Shown here: positions 34,514 to 48,700 of the stretch, piece after piece
Position numbering within the stretch: the first letter of the stretch is position 1
Layout: each line of letters starts with the position of its first letter
DNA from: Macrostomum lignano
Taxonomy: Eukaryota
Assembly: GCA_002269645.1 (NCBI GenBank)
Contig: NIVC01000503.1
Location: 1-64,000 of the forward strand
Length of the DNA: 64,000 bases
Reading direction: 5' to 3'
Made by a program: the position numbers and the translations under genes
The notes under the pieces: model-generated
What the model saw: the letters and a program-made list of their open reading frames with translations, nothing else
Databases searched by the model: none
Told to the model about the DNA's origin: nothing

Positions 34514-37300
34514 ATGGGCAGCGACGTGACCATCCCACAAGCAGAGGGATCTTCTGCTGATGCTGACGCTGGCGACAGCGAACCGTGTGCATCTCGCGAT
34601 GAGTCGAGTGTAGAGAAGGCGGCTACGAAGAAGACGACTTCCGTTCATAAGTCGCGTGAACAGCTCTCAGCATCAGCCAGGGTGACGAGAGCTACTCAAG
34701 AGGCAGCGGCTGCTGGACAAACCCGGAAAAACCATCCTGGAGACAAGAAGAGCTCTCCTAGTACCTTGGCGCTCCAGTCATCGAAGGAGAATGCTATGGT
34801 TGAGGAATCCGACTCAAGTGCTGCTGATCTCATGATCACGTCATCTGCTAACAAAATACAAGACCGGAAACCGTCACCACAGCGTCAGCATTTTGAATCG
34901 GTGAGCATTGCTGAGTTGAGTTACACTAACGCTGGAAGAGTGCATTCGCTTTACTTAATGAATATCATTTTTATTGGGCCAAAAAATGCTGCAGCTTTCA
35001 ATGTCTTAGTTTCGATTGTAAAAAAGCAAACTTTATCATGACGTATGCCAAGTCAGCACAGTCAATCAAATTTCAGCATATTTGTCGCGGGTCCAGCTAA
35101 ACCCTCATTGAATGTCGTTCACATTGACTGTGGGTGCTTCAAGCATCGACTGCCAAACATACTTTCAGACATGGGGTCCAGCTAAACCCTCATTGAATGT
35201 CGTTCACATTGACTGTGGGTGCTTCAAGCATCGACTGCCAAACATACTTTCAGACATGGGGTCCAGCTAAACCCTCATTGAATGTTTCACATTGACTGTG
35301 GGTGCTTCAAGCATCGACTGCCAAACATACTTTCAGACATGGGGTCCAGCTAAACCCTCATTGAATGTTTCACATTGACTGTGGGTGCTTCAAGCATCGA
35401 CTGCCAAACATACTTTCAGACATGGGGTCCAGCTAAACCCTCATTGAATGTTTCACATTGACTGTGGGTGCTTCAAGCATCGACTGCCAAACATACTTTC
35501 AGACATGGGGTCCAGCTAAACCCTCATTGAATGTTTCACATTGACTGTGGGTGCTTCAAGCATCGACTGCCAAACATACTTTCAGACATGGGGTCCAGCT
35601 AAACCCTCATTGAATGTCGTTCACATTGACTGTGGGTGCTTCAAGCATCGACTGCCAAACATACTTTCAGACATGGGGTCCAGCTAAACCCTCATTGAAT
35701 GTTTCACATTGACTGTGGGTGCTTCAAGCACCGACTGCCAAACATACTTTAAGACATGGGGTCCAGCTAAACCCTCATTGATTGTCGTTCACATTGAGTG
35801 TGGATGCTTCAAGCATCGACTGCCAAACATACTTTCAGACATGGGGTCCAGCTAAACCCTCATTGAATGTTTCACATTGAGTGTGGATGCTTCAAGCACC
35901 GACTGCCAAACATACTTTCAGACATGGGGTCCAGCTGAATCCTCATTGAGTCATAATATGTTTACATTAGTTCATCAAAATCAATCATTGTGCAGATGGG
36001 CAGCGACGTGACCATCCCACAAGCAGAGGGATCTTCTGCTGATGCTGACGCTGGCGACAGCGAACCGTGTGCATCTCGCGATGAGTCGAGTGTAGAGAAG
36101 GCGGCTACGAAGAAGACGACTTCCGTTCATAAGTCGCGTGAACAGCTCTCAGCATCAGCCAGGGTGACGATAGCTACTCAAGAGGCAGCGGCTGCTGGAC
36201 AAACCCGGAAAAATCATCCTGGAGACAAGAAGAGCAGTCCTGGTGTCTTGGCGCTCCCGAATTCTTCATCCGGACGTCCTCCCTTAAAGCAGTCTACGAC
36301 GACGAATGTTCCGTTGACGAATGAAGTTTCGAATTCAAGGCTGTCTGCTCTTAGAAGTCGTGTTATGAATAAGTTGCGATTTGGTGGTGCTCGATTAAAA
36401 AAATTAAAAGTTGACTTAGATGACAGCAACGAAAGCGAAGAGAGTGATTTCGATGACGAAGTAGAGTTTGAGAAGGTGATGAATTCCTGTGTGGAAGAAA
36501 GTGCTGCCTTTGGCAATGTAGATGATGTGCCTGAATTCGACTTTGGTGACGTCGAGCTCGAGGAGTTGTCGTCGGATCTACATCCAGCTCTTCAAATGAT
36601 TGCTGACGAAAATGAAAAATTGGAGTCGAATGCACAGAAGAAGATGAAGGGCCGATCATTTGAGAATAAGCGTCATAATTGCGTTTTCTGTAATGAGCTG
36701 TTTTCTAAAATACGCCGGCATATTATTCGTTGTCATAGTGATCAACTGGACGTGCAGCGCGCGCTATCTTATGGTTCTAATTCTAATGGTAAGCCTAAGT
36801 GAATATGCTTCTTACATCAAAACTGAATAAATAGTCCACTGGTTTTAGTATTTGGATATTTATAGTTTGATCTAAATGGTTAGGTTTTAGTTTTTTAAAA
36901 TGAAAACTAATTCTTTCAAATTTTGTCTGAAGCAAGTCAGAATTTACTCGTGCTTCAGTTTGGCACAATAGTTTTATTAGAACGCCTCTATATGTATGAT
37001 TTAAACTGTCAGATCGATTGATTCTTTTTTGTTGTGATCGTAAAGATTTATATTTAATTGGCTGCCTTTTTTAATTTCTCTGTTAGGTTACAATCGGGAG
37101 ATACACAGACTGCGACTTCTAGGCGATTTTCATCACAATATTGCTGTACTGAAGGATGAAAAGGACGGTAAAATTATTGTCTGTCGGGAGAAAAGCGTGA
37201 CCATGGAGTCTACGGAAGTACACACCTATCTTCCTTGTGTTCACTGCTTTGGATTTTTTACGGACGTGAAATAAGTCGCCACTGAGACCGCTGCAAATTT
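34514..37300 (+). pseudogene. Truncated Crypton-like (tyrosine-recombinase transposon-type) gene: N-terminal low-complexity and Cys/His exons; no recombinase domain present
   Basis: Exons 34514-34900, 35996-36788, 37087-~37300 splice in frame. Motifs HNCVFCNELFSKIRRHIIRCHSDQLDVQRAL, LRLLGDFHHNIAVLK, YLPCVHCFGFF match, from memory, the N-terminal region of animal Crypton(V)-type proteins. Frameshift at T6 (37254-37259) and a TGA follow. Confidence 0.5.
35088..35949. repeat. 82-85-bp satellite array 2 (10 units plus a partial unit)
   Basis: Same unit as array 1, followed by the same exon start TTGTGCAG|ATGGGCAGC. Confidence 0.95.
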
Positions 37301-37598
37301 AGATCTAACTGTTAAAACTGTTAAAAATCTTCGTTGCTCTAGATTTTTATATTGGTCCACAGTATATTGGTCCACGTACACCATCATGTTCTAAAGGTCC
37401 GTTTAAACCTGGTCTACCTAACAACATAGTTCGAATAGTTTAATTTACTCGAATTGAAAACCTTTTGAAATTAAAAAGGCAACAGTATTTTCCAAGCGTC
37501 TCAAATTAAGCTGGTTCCCCGATTTTCTAACCATAACTAATTGGTCCACCTAACGCATTGTCAGAACAACGGTCTATGTAACCACACATACACTAGTA

Positions 37599-37957
<359 letters not shown>

Positions 37958-38665
37958 AGACTTCTTCTACGATATTCAAACAGCATGGCAATTTTCTTTC
38001 TTGCTTAAAAGCACCCTGAACTGGAGGTATAAGTTTTATGGAGAATTTATAAAATAATTTCACTAGCTAGAAGACACTTTGCCACCTGTTCCTCATCATC
38101 TTGCGTGCGCAGGAAACCCATTAAAACTATTTTAAGTACTCACCTGTCTGCTCCTCGATTTAAGGAAAAATATTTCGTCGTCAAGTTGCTTAGTTCAGTT
38201 CCTGTTAGGATTCGAAAACATTTGTATCGATGAGGAATGGCTTTTTTGCATGGGCTTTTAGTCTTGTAAACCAGTTTGCTGTAGTAAATCGTCTGCAGTG
38301 CCAGTGCGGAACCCGTGTGCGAGAGAGAAAGACTTATAGAAGACACCACAGAGTGAATTGGGAATAAATCAATCGATACGACGGACCAGAGCATTGAGAG
38401 CGGAGCGCTTCGCCGTGTGCACGTTTTTCCTTTCCTTTCCCCTTCTGGCCCCCTTCCCTCTTATTTCATTTCTGGCCTCAGAAAAAAATCTTACTCTTAC
38501 TCCAAGTGCAACGCGCACAGCAAACTGCCAGCTTTGTTCGAAAGAAATATAAGACTGTTGCCGCCCAACATGCCGTTCCTTTCGTTGGTTTGAGCTGTGC
38601 AGTGTTCAGCAGTAGAATAGTTAGCTAGTTTACAAGCCATAGCTGTGTTAAATTTTAACTGCAGT

Positions 38666-38721
<56 letters not shown>

Positions 38722-38722
38722 T

Positions 38723-38786
<64 letters not shown>

Positions 38787-38814
38787 CTAGTTAGTTAGTT
38801 AGTTAGTTAGTTAT

Positions 38815-38868
<54 letters not shown>

Positions 38869-38869
38869 G

Positions 38870-38903
<34 letters not shown>

Positions 38904-38929
38904 CAGTTAGTTAGTTAGTTAGTTTAGTC

Positions 38930-38980
<51 letters not shown>
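38666..38980. repeat. (TTAG)n microsatellite between two ~40-bp direct repeats
   Basis: AGTTTACAAGCC(A/G)TAGCTGTGTTAAATTT at ~38627 and ~38978 flank the array. Confidence 0.95.
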
Positions 38981-38982
<2 letters not shown>

Positions 38983-39777
38983 ACAAGCCGTAGCTGTGTT
39001 AAATTTAATCTGGAGTGAAGACAATGAGACAAATCGAACTCTACCGACCGACAAACCATTTTTAGTATACGGATTAACAAAATTTGTTTGACGATACTCG
39101 TAATTGAGTAGTTTTTATTTTGTTTAGTTGATGCACAGCCATTCGAATCGATATGATTGGCTATAATTGATTTTTAAACCTGTATATTTATATTATAAAA
39201 AAGTTAGATGTTTAGTACAATTAAAATTAAAGTTTTCCTCTTTGGCATGAAAATAAAGGGCTAGGGGTAGCGGAGATATTAAAATAACGATTTATAAAAC
39301 TTGGCAATCTTCTATTTTTATTTTAAATTAATTGTATGTCGTGTAATTTTGTTATTAACAGCTATTTAGTTATAACTGTTCTTTCGTCTCAGATTGCCAA
39401 GCCTGAAAAAGTTTATGCTTGAGCTTTGAAAGGTAAGAGTACAGCAAAAACTTTTGTGCGAGCATATTTAACTCTTCAGTTTTGATAAATCCAAAGCAAG
39501 GTACACTAAAAATTAGAACTTAATGGAAAGATGAAAAATTGTTTTCAAGTGGAGTCAACCTTCCAACATTAAGATATTGATTCGGCGTTCTGTAGAATTT
39601 TTTTCCAGTTTTACATCTTTCAGAGAAGTGAGTTTAAAATAATAAAAAAATCCTTTTTGTTAAAATTATCAATAAGTCTGAAACATGCAATCGTAAGCAA
39701 ACTATAGAATACAAAGTAGCAGTGAAGCAAAAAACAAACGTCAACAAATGTACTTTTAGCACTGCTGTCAATCAAAA

Positions 39778-42700
39778 TCAGTCTGTCTTCTCGCACAACA
39801 GCGCCGCTCCCATGTTGATCCAGAAGTCCTGCGGTTTGTCGCTCGGCAGAGGCACCGAGACAACAAAATTTGTGGAATGGCCTGCAAAGTATTATTATTT
39901 GTTATTTAGACAATCAAGACCATTTATCTACTAGAAGTAGTCTACCGAATGAATCTATATTGTATTAAGCAAGCACTCACCGGTAGTGCTGAGCACACCA
40001 GCTCGGACCTTGGTCTTGTACAGCGGCGAGATGTAGTGAGACGGATCGGGTGTGAAGTCCATCTTGGGCTGCATGTGCAGCATCGGTAGCACGTCAAGCA
40101 TGACGTTGTGATGCGACAGAGCGGCCTGTATGTGATGAAATTGAGGAACGTCAATTGACGTCAGTCATCGAAATATCGAATCATACATTTTTCCAATGAG
40201 CCCCAAGCCAACTTCGGCCTTGGAATTTTTCACGGATACCTGGATTATTACGGTCCCTCACTGCATGTACTAGTATGAAATCGGGGTTAAGGAGTCAATC
40301 TCTCTTAAAACCGTCTTCGAAAAATGCTTCCAAAAATCCGAGCAATTACGCAAATTTTTCACTCAAACTGAATTTTCATAGCTTTCAAAGCTTCAGAAAT
40401 GTTTATTAGCTTTCTTAAAGGCTCTCAAAATTGAGTCAATCATTGAAGTCTCACCCGCATGGTCTCGCAGTCAAACCGGAAGCCGTCAGTGAACAGTCCG
40501 TGCACCAGAACTCCATCCTCTGGCCGTTCGATCTCCTGATCCTGAGGAATCTCTTCGCCGAATCCCACAGTTTGCATCGCTTTGTTGACCTCCTCCTGGT
40601 CGCGGTAGACCGGCTTCACAATGAACTCGAACGACAAGTGATCGATAGGATAATTGTACTTCCTGGCGTAGTTCTGCAGGGTGCCAGTCAGGAAGCCTTG
40701 CGGGAAGAAAAAGCCAGGCAGCCAGAATGACTTCGGCATGCCCTGCGTCAGCCAGTAGTGCACGAACCAACAACGCAGGATCAGATCCTTGATCCAGTTG
40801 GACAGAGTCTTCAGACTGGGATAGGCCACGTTGCTCCACAGCTTGGGCACCTGGTTGTTAATGAATGCCGTGTACACTGAGTCGAGCTCCTCCGACATTA
40901 CAACGAAACCTTTGATGGCCTTCTTCAGCTGCTCCAACGAGGTCTGGAAAAAACGGAATTATAAGCGGTAAAATTGCTTCCTGATGCGACTAAATCTGCT
41001 ATAAAACTTACCCTGATGACCGTCAACAGTCGGTTGTAGCGGTCAATCTCCTGAGTAAGCACGGTTGTCAAAGAGTTAAGCCGACCCTGCGAGTCCTCTT
41101 CAAACAGCTCAGGCTTGGCCAGATCCAAGTCGATCTTGGTCATGATCTTGCCAAGAATACTGTCGGCCAGCTCGTAGACAATCTCATCGTTCGACTTGCC
41201 GCCACCTCCAGACGCCACTCGAGGTTGGATCTCTAGGATTACCTCCACCATTGAGCGCGTCTCCTCGATCTGTAGAGTGATTTTGGTTCATTTCAAGATA
41301 CAAAGTATGTTATAAATCAAACAATTTTACCCTCAGAAAGATGTCATCTTGCCTTAATACGGCACCAGCGTAATTCAGCTACTATTTTACCTGGTAAGCC
41401 AAGTTAGCATTAGAATGAAGCCCGAAAATCTCGGGATCTTCAATCAGCGGCAGTTGATCAACGTAGTCTTTGTAGTCCTGCAGCGTGGGCTGGTCAGGTG
41501 GGTAGTACACTCCCGATGGCGAGTACTTGTAGCCAGGCTCCAGCGTTTTCGGGTGGAAGAACTGCGTCAGGATGGTGCGCAGGCAGCGCTGATCCCAGTT
41601 GTCTGTGACTCGGCCTCCGTAGGTGATCTGTTGGATTCCAAGTCAAATACGCTCGTAGTTATCATAATTAGAATAAATCTGATTCGCATGCCTGAAAAAT
41701 ATATCATCTAAAAGCAGGAAGTTTACCTCGCCAGTGATGTAAATGAGCGCATCCCAGGGAATCTCTCCCTCGGCGCAGAACATCTTCAAGTTGAGCAGAG
41801 CGCACTGCCTGTCGGAATCGTTGAATTCGTAGCGGATGTTCCAGCCGAGCGGCCCGAACTTTTTACGCTCGAGAATGATGCCGTGGAAGAAGCAAATACC
41901 AAATACGATCTTCTTCCAGTCCGTTCCGAGGATGTTAGTCTCGAATTCTTCAGGGCTCATTTCGGCGAATGCTCGTTTGATGTTGTTTCTAAGTCCCTTT
42001 GGAGGCTCGTTGGTGACTTTCACCGAGTTCTGCAGCACGGAAACTGGGAAAGCCTTGGCGGGCATTGAGCTGAGGAACAAGCGGAAGTCCTGGTTAATGT
42101 CTTCTGGCTTCTCGGCCATATCCTTCACAATGTTCTCTAGCGACAACATCCAAGATGCGGCGAGATGGCAGTTCTGCAGGAAAACCCAGTCTCCCGACTT
42201 GACCGCAGCGCTGATAAGCTTTTCAGCGACCACTCCCTGACCCTGACCCAGCGAAATAGCGTGGTACCTGTCGTCAAAGTTCTTTTCTTTGGCGAATCGC
42301 TGGAATGTATTCATTGGGTCGGAACCTGTGCTGAGTACAAAAACCAGCGGCGTTGTCTTGGACATGTCGGAGTAGAGAAGGTTAAGTTCGATCGATGGAG
42401 CCTCGACAAACTCTTTGCCGAGATTCTCCTTCACGAACTCGGTGATGGCTGGCACCACTTTCTGTTCCTGTAGCACCTTAATGAGCATCAGCTTCTGAAA
42501 GCTAGTCAACCGCTTGTCCCAGTGGCCACTGAAACGCTCAGCAACGCTTGGGTCGTCGCCGCGTGACTTGGCAATGTCTGCGTCAGAAGGCTCAGTCGGT
42601 GTTGGTCCGAAGCCGCTGAAGTCGGCCGGGTTCCCCTCGCCGGTGACCTCTCCAATGGTCACGCGAACCGGAGTTCGCAGCAGATCGGCCGTCAGGCTTC

Positions 42701-45700
42701 GGAAAATCGGGCTGAAGTCGGCCAGATCGATCACGTTCCGCCACACGGGATCGTTCATCCAAGTGATCTCTGCTGGTCGCTCGGGTCGCTTTTTCTCCAT
42801 GCCGCCCGCACCGCGCAGGAAGAAATTCCATTCTTCCGGACTGATGATCTTTGACTGCTTAAGAATCTCGATGCAGAGCAGGAAGCTGAAGACTAACTTG
42901 TCCTTCTCGAAGATTCCTCGAGCCACATTGTTGTAAGTGGAATTGGTGGTTGCGGCCAGCATAATCTGAATGCGCTGCTCCAGGTTGTCTGACTTCTCGC
43001 TGCTCTCAATGGTATTGTTAAATAGGTTCTTAAAGTACTTCAGCGAGAATTGGTACATCGGATCGATTTCAGCCATGTTGGCCACCACAAAGTACATGCA
43101 TGAGCCGCGCTCTGCCACTGGGATGTACTTTGATCGAGCTGCGCTGATTTTCTGTTCAGTGATTTCTGCTTCCGCCAACTTTTTCGTGGTCTCAGCCGAT
43201 GTAATCTTTGAGTCGTTAAGCGTCTTGATTAGCTCTTCGTTATCTAGGATGTTGCCCTCGGACTCGTACAGCATCTTGAGAATGTTGTCTTCGATGGCCT
43301 TCAACTTAGCGCGCTCATTATTGATCTTGAGAATGAGCTCATTCCGCTGCTTCTCAAGGTCAGGTCGCTCCAAACGAGTGACCTCGCTGAGCAGCTGATC
43401 CTCTAGACCCCTCGGTGTGACGGTGAAGTTGATGATGGTCACTTTGATGCAAACCTCGGGCAGGTAATGCGGATTCGATAGCTTGGAAGTCATGTAGAAA
43501 GCAAAGTTCTTGTCGTACTCAACATCTTTGTCACCAAGTCGAATGAGAAGCCGGCCGCCAGAGGTGTAGGTCTGCTTGAGCAGCACAGGCTCCAGCGCTG
43601 CATCAAGGCTCTCGCCTACATCCTCACAAAGAACTGGCATGCCTAGACGAATGGCATTCTCCAATGTGCGCAGGAAATTCGGGTCACTGAGTTTGATCAT
43701 CTGCAAGCCATTTCGAGACTCCTTGTTCTTAATCCAACGGTTGGCCTGTTCCTGCGGATCAATCATGAGGGGCCAGCGACGGCCGCGCGTAACCAGTATA
43801 GCATTCTCTGTTGACACTTGATCGCGCGGCAAGCCGTCCGTGTTCCATTGGCGCAGGGTGTACGGATTTCCCAGCACGTTGAACAAAGTGACATTCTCCG
43901 AAGTTGGTATCTTCAGCTCCAGACAGCGACTGACCCACATGTTGACCAGCTCGGCTCGGTATTCTGAAGTGAACGCACCGTAGTACGAGACGCAAGCAGC
44001 CGCAATGAACACGTTTCCAACGACGTCGCCAATCTCTTTGTTGAAATTCTCGACCGTCACTTCCCAGCGGTCTTTTTCATCCGCCAAGGCAGTTGTCAGC
44101 TTTCCGGCTCGCTTGAGTCGCGCTGCCGTCAGAGCCAGCTCGTGCTCCAAAGTCTTCTTCTCACCTACTGTGTCGTCGAACTTTTTCTGCAGGGTGGCGA
44201 TTTTGTCCTCAACCTCCTGCAGTTGAGCCTGCTTCTGGCGAAGAGTGCTCATCACCACGTTCAGCTCAGCATTGGCCGCTTCAAGCCTGTAAAAAGCAAT
44301 AAATTATTTTGAATTTATTTGTCATACTTTAAGTTGATACAGACTGAAAAAATAGCCAAGCAATACGGGTGACTTACTTTTTCTTCTTCGGTTCAACTGT
44401 TCGATAGACCTTGGCGTACATGTCCATAGCTCTGACCCACATGCACATCGACTTGCATGCCTTTGACACTTTCTCAACATTCGATGGTGTGAACTCAGGA
44501 TTTTCCATGTACTTTTTCAGACCGGCCAGCATCTTGTTGGTGATTTCATCTTTTGGATAGTCCATGAGGCGACGCAGGAAGTTTGTGTCACCCAGCACCT
44601 GCTTAGCAGAGGCCCAGTCGGTTCTGAAAAAGAATTAATTGTATGCAACAGCATTGCAAACATTCCGCTTGGAGACAGGCAGAGACTAAATACTCACTTG
44701 GAACCGAGCAGCAAGCAGACGGCTTCCATGACAGTCTGCACAAGCGGTGGCGGACTCGTGAAGACGCGAATCTCGGAGATGTCATTCTTGTCCAGCGAGT
44801 TCAGCGCTTTCACGGCCGCTTCGAGAGCAGGAAGAGCTTCGTCAAGATCCTTCTGCGCATCCTGCTGAATAGCCTCAGTCTCCATAGCCTTCACCTTGGC
44901 CACGGCTTCGTCTTCTTTGACCTTTGATCGGACGACATCCGCTTTTTCTTGATCGGCGGTGAGAACCTCCATCAGAGCTTCAACGTCTTTCTGCTTCTGC
45001 TCTAGTTTAGGCCGCATCTCGGTTAGGGTAACCTCCATGGTGCCTACCAGCTGGTTGGTTTCCAGAAGTTTTAGCAGGCCGTTCTTTACGCGATCTCGAC
45101 CGCCAGTCAGTTCGCTGTAATAGGTAAGAATTTTTTATGGAATCGGGTAGAAAAATATCATCCCAGACTAAAGCTGCGGGTCAATGGGATAAAAGAAAGA
45201 AGATTATGGAAGGGTACTTTCGCATCATTGTCAGCGTCAAAAAGAAGTATCAGGACCCCTAGAGAGGGTAGCAAAGCTATGATTTCTCAGATTCAACTCA
45301 CTTTTTCTTCGCGGCCAGCATGGACAAATAAAGGTTGATGAGCTCCAGATAGCTAGTAGGGGTTGTGTAAAACTTGCGCTTCAGCTCGTTATAGAACTTG
45401 TCGGCCATGTCCGTGACGCTGGTGTGAATCATGACGCACATCTCTGACAGCTTTTCCTGAGGAGAAACAAAATTCAAGAAAAAAGAATTCAGACCAGTGC
45501 AGAGAAAACTTAATCAGGCTTAAATGATACAACAAAAATACTGCGCAGCCATGCAAAGTATCTCAATAAAGCTGAGTAATCGAAAGCATTTTGCTGATTA
45601 ATAAACCATTTGAATCAGTATAGCTTTCAGTATTCAGTCACATCGATATAGAAATTTTTTAAAAATGAAACCTCATTGAAACGCGCCGGGTCAGAAAAAA

Positions 45701-48700
45701 ACTAATGCGTAAACGGGCTTGAATCATATACAGCACTATAAATTTTCACGCGATAATCAAATTTGCAAATAGAGTCAATGTGTCTCATATATCAAAGCGA
45801 AAGTAATAAAGTATATTTGATTTTTTGATATACTTTTTTGTGGGGTCTTAAGAATTAACTCACCAGATATGTTGGACCAAGTGAGCCTTGAAGAATGTTC
45901 TGTATTTCAGTGTGTACAAGCATAGCATATTTTTTATTTACTTTTTCTTTTAGTAAAACCTCCGGTACAAGCTATTTAGCAAAAAAATTAGTTAACGGAG
46001 TCTTTCGTAGTTTCACCTTCTGGTGACTCACCTTCAATTCGTCGTCTCCAACATCGGCTGTGCTGAAGAAGCTCTGCGCCACGCTCATGAGCGCCTCTCG
46101 CGGCCACTCGGTGAACCAGTCAATGGTGCAGCAGTTGACCAAGCTGGGGAACATTCTGCATCGGGATCGGAATGCATTGCCCACCGGGGACATGCAGAGC
46201 ACAATGTGCAGATTGTTGCGCACTCGGTTGATGCAGAAGTCGTAGATGGCGTCCCGGTTGCCTTCAGCGATACCGACCTCTTTGGCGGCGGGACGGCAGC
46301 CGATGATGAGGCGCTCTTTCTCGTCGGCCTCGAATAAATTCGGCACCTCGCCTGAGTTGAGAATGTTGTTGATGTCCTCGAGGAATTCCTCGACCACAAT
46401 CTGCGTGTCTGTGAAGAGGAACACGGTGTGCTGGTTTTCAACACCGGCCAAAGTGTAAAGCTGTTTGATGTCCTCGCGGAAGTCTTTGTAGCCGTAGCCG
46501 CGACTAAGCTCAATCTGGAAGCACTTGTAGCTGTTGATGTGCGCAGCCAAACGCGTCAGCGATTGCTTGCCCGTGCCACCAACACCGACTAAAAGCGCGT
46601 TGCCGCGTTCTTGCCGGATCATGCGGGCAATGCGAGTAACGTGTTCGATTGCGTCCATGAAGAATACGAGCTTCATCTCCTTGTTGGACACCATGTTATA
46701 GTCATCGAGGTACTAAAAATGTGGTTTTCGGACGTCAACTGAAACATAGTCGAATATTAAAGGCCATATAATTTAATTTTTATATATAGAAAGTACATAT
46801 ACTTACGTCTCCCAAAATTTGCTTCACTTTGTTGACGTCTGTCAGCTCTTCGTAAGCCGATCAGCTTTTTCTGCACCCATCTTCATGAAATCGCCAAACA
46901 GAATTGGTTTGGTGATGAAGCTCTCTGCGTCGACTTGCTCGCCAAAGTACTTGGAAGCCATCTCGCAGATGATCTGATGGAAGAACATCTTGTCCTCGGC
47001 GTTGATCAGGCGATCGTGGAACACGCGCTGAGTCTCGTGGCAGAACAGGCGGAAGAGCTGGCCCTTGTCGCGTACGCAGCCCGGGTCGGCTTGCAGAATG
47101 CCCTGCACGCACTTGGACAGGTCGCGCAGGTTGAATACGTAGTGGCTTTTTGCTGGCGTCGGCAGCAAGTCGGTTGCCATGCGGAAGTACAGCTCCACAG
47201 CAGAACGACAATGGCTCGCCCTGGCCCCGGATAGACGGCGGAAAGTCGACCAAAAAGCGGACCAAGATGCTGTTAAACATGTGCTTTAAAGTGTACTCTG
47301 ACGGCGGTGGCAGGCAGAACATGTTGAAATGGCGAATCAGTCTGGGCGTCACTGGATTTCGACCACCGCCAGGAGGGGCGCAGGCGGCGCCCAGAAGCAT
47401 GTCCTGCACGCTGATCCAGTAGAGCTTGTCGCGCTCATAGAAACCACCAAAGTCCTGGTATTGGCGCAAGAGCTCGCAGGGTGGCTGTGACCCGTAGGTA
47501 TCGAGCTTCGGCATGTTGAGATCGTCCACAAAGATGATGATCTTCTTGCCGGTTGGTGCACCGAGTACGTTTTTGCGCTTCTTTTCCAGCTTGTCCTCGA
47601 TCATCTCTTGAGTACGGTTGCTGCTCGTCTGAGCAGAAAAGTTAATGTAGATCGGCACATAGTTGGCTTTCTCCGCGATGCTGTTTAAGTGGCCTCTGGC
47701 GACTACGGATTTTCCAACTCCGGTGCCACCAGTAAAAAGAACAGAGCGTCCCAGAGCAAAGGACTTCTCCAGCAGGTAGCCAAACCTGACGGTATCGACT
47801 GTAGGCACCACCATTTCGAAAAATGGAATGCTCTTGTTATAGGTGAAGGCGGGAATGATTTTCTCCAGAGGTCCATTCGTTTCGTGTCCATGTCCACGTA
47901 GGAACTCCACAGGTCACCAGTGCTTGGCAGGCGAGCGTCGCCGTTGTCTTCAAACTGCTGGCGTACAAAGTTGTCGATGGAGTCCCAGTTGGCATCGATC
48001 GTGTTGCCACCGACACCCCAGAGGTAGGAGAACACGAAAGATGTACAGACGAGTGGCTTCACCTTGTTTTCATCACCAGCTAGGCTGGGGGCACCGGGGC
48101 CGCACAGCAAGCTTTGAAAGAGGTTGCACACTGTCATTACCTTGGCAATGTTGACTTGCGCCATGGCCTGGGTGCACTTCTTGTGAATAAATGTCAATCC
48201 AGGATCGATATACTTGTTGAATAGTTCAAATACATAGTCAACAAGGTCCTCGCGAAAGTTGTGCTCAGTAGTCAGCTTGGTCAGCCACGTGCGAACGTAG
48301 GGGCGCCAGCCCATATCTTCGGGATCGACGTAGACCATGCCGCAACGAGACACAGTGGCAGGCGAAGCGACCGCCAGATCTTGCACTTCAAAAAGCATGT
48401 GAATGAAAGGCGTTAGCTTGATTCGCTCAGAGTTGGCCAGGCAGAGCATCTTATTATCGTCTAGCACAGTGTTCATGTTCTCAATCCACAGCGCGTCGAC
48501 TGGACCGTCGCAGATGACCCATTGATGATCTTCGGTCTCGTCCTGAAAGAATCAAATGAAATTTACAGAGATTCAATTATTGTTTTGAATTTTAACTATC
48601 TTACAAGAAATAACTCTACTCACAGCGCAAGCGGTGCGGACGGAAACACCCATTAGGCCGTCGTGCCACTCCATTGTTTGGAGATTATAAGAGCCATACA

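Noticed and set aside
33481-35949. 85-bp arrays as CRISPR arrays
   Set aside because: Units are head-to-tail with no unique spacers, no cas genes are present, and the context is intron-containing eukaryotic DNA.
35088-35949. Each satellite unit as a 30-nt micro-exon (TWGPAKPSLN) plus a 52-55-nt intron, prompted by TACTTTCAG acceptors
   Set aside because: The required donors (GTCGTT, GTTTCA) are poor, and the entry point from the upstream exon hits a stop. Only RNA-seq junction reads could revive this.
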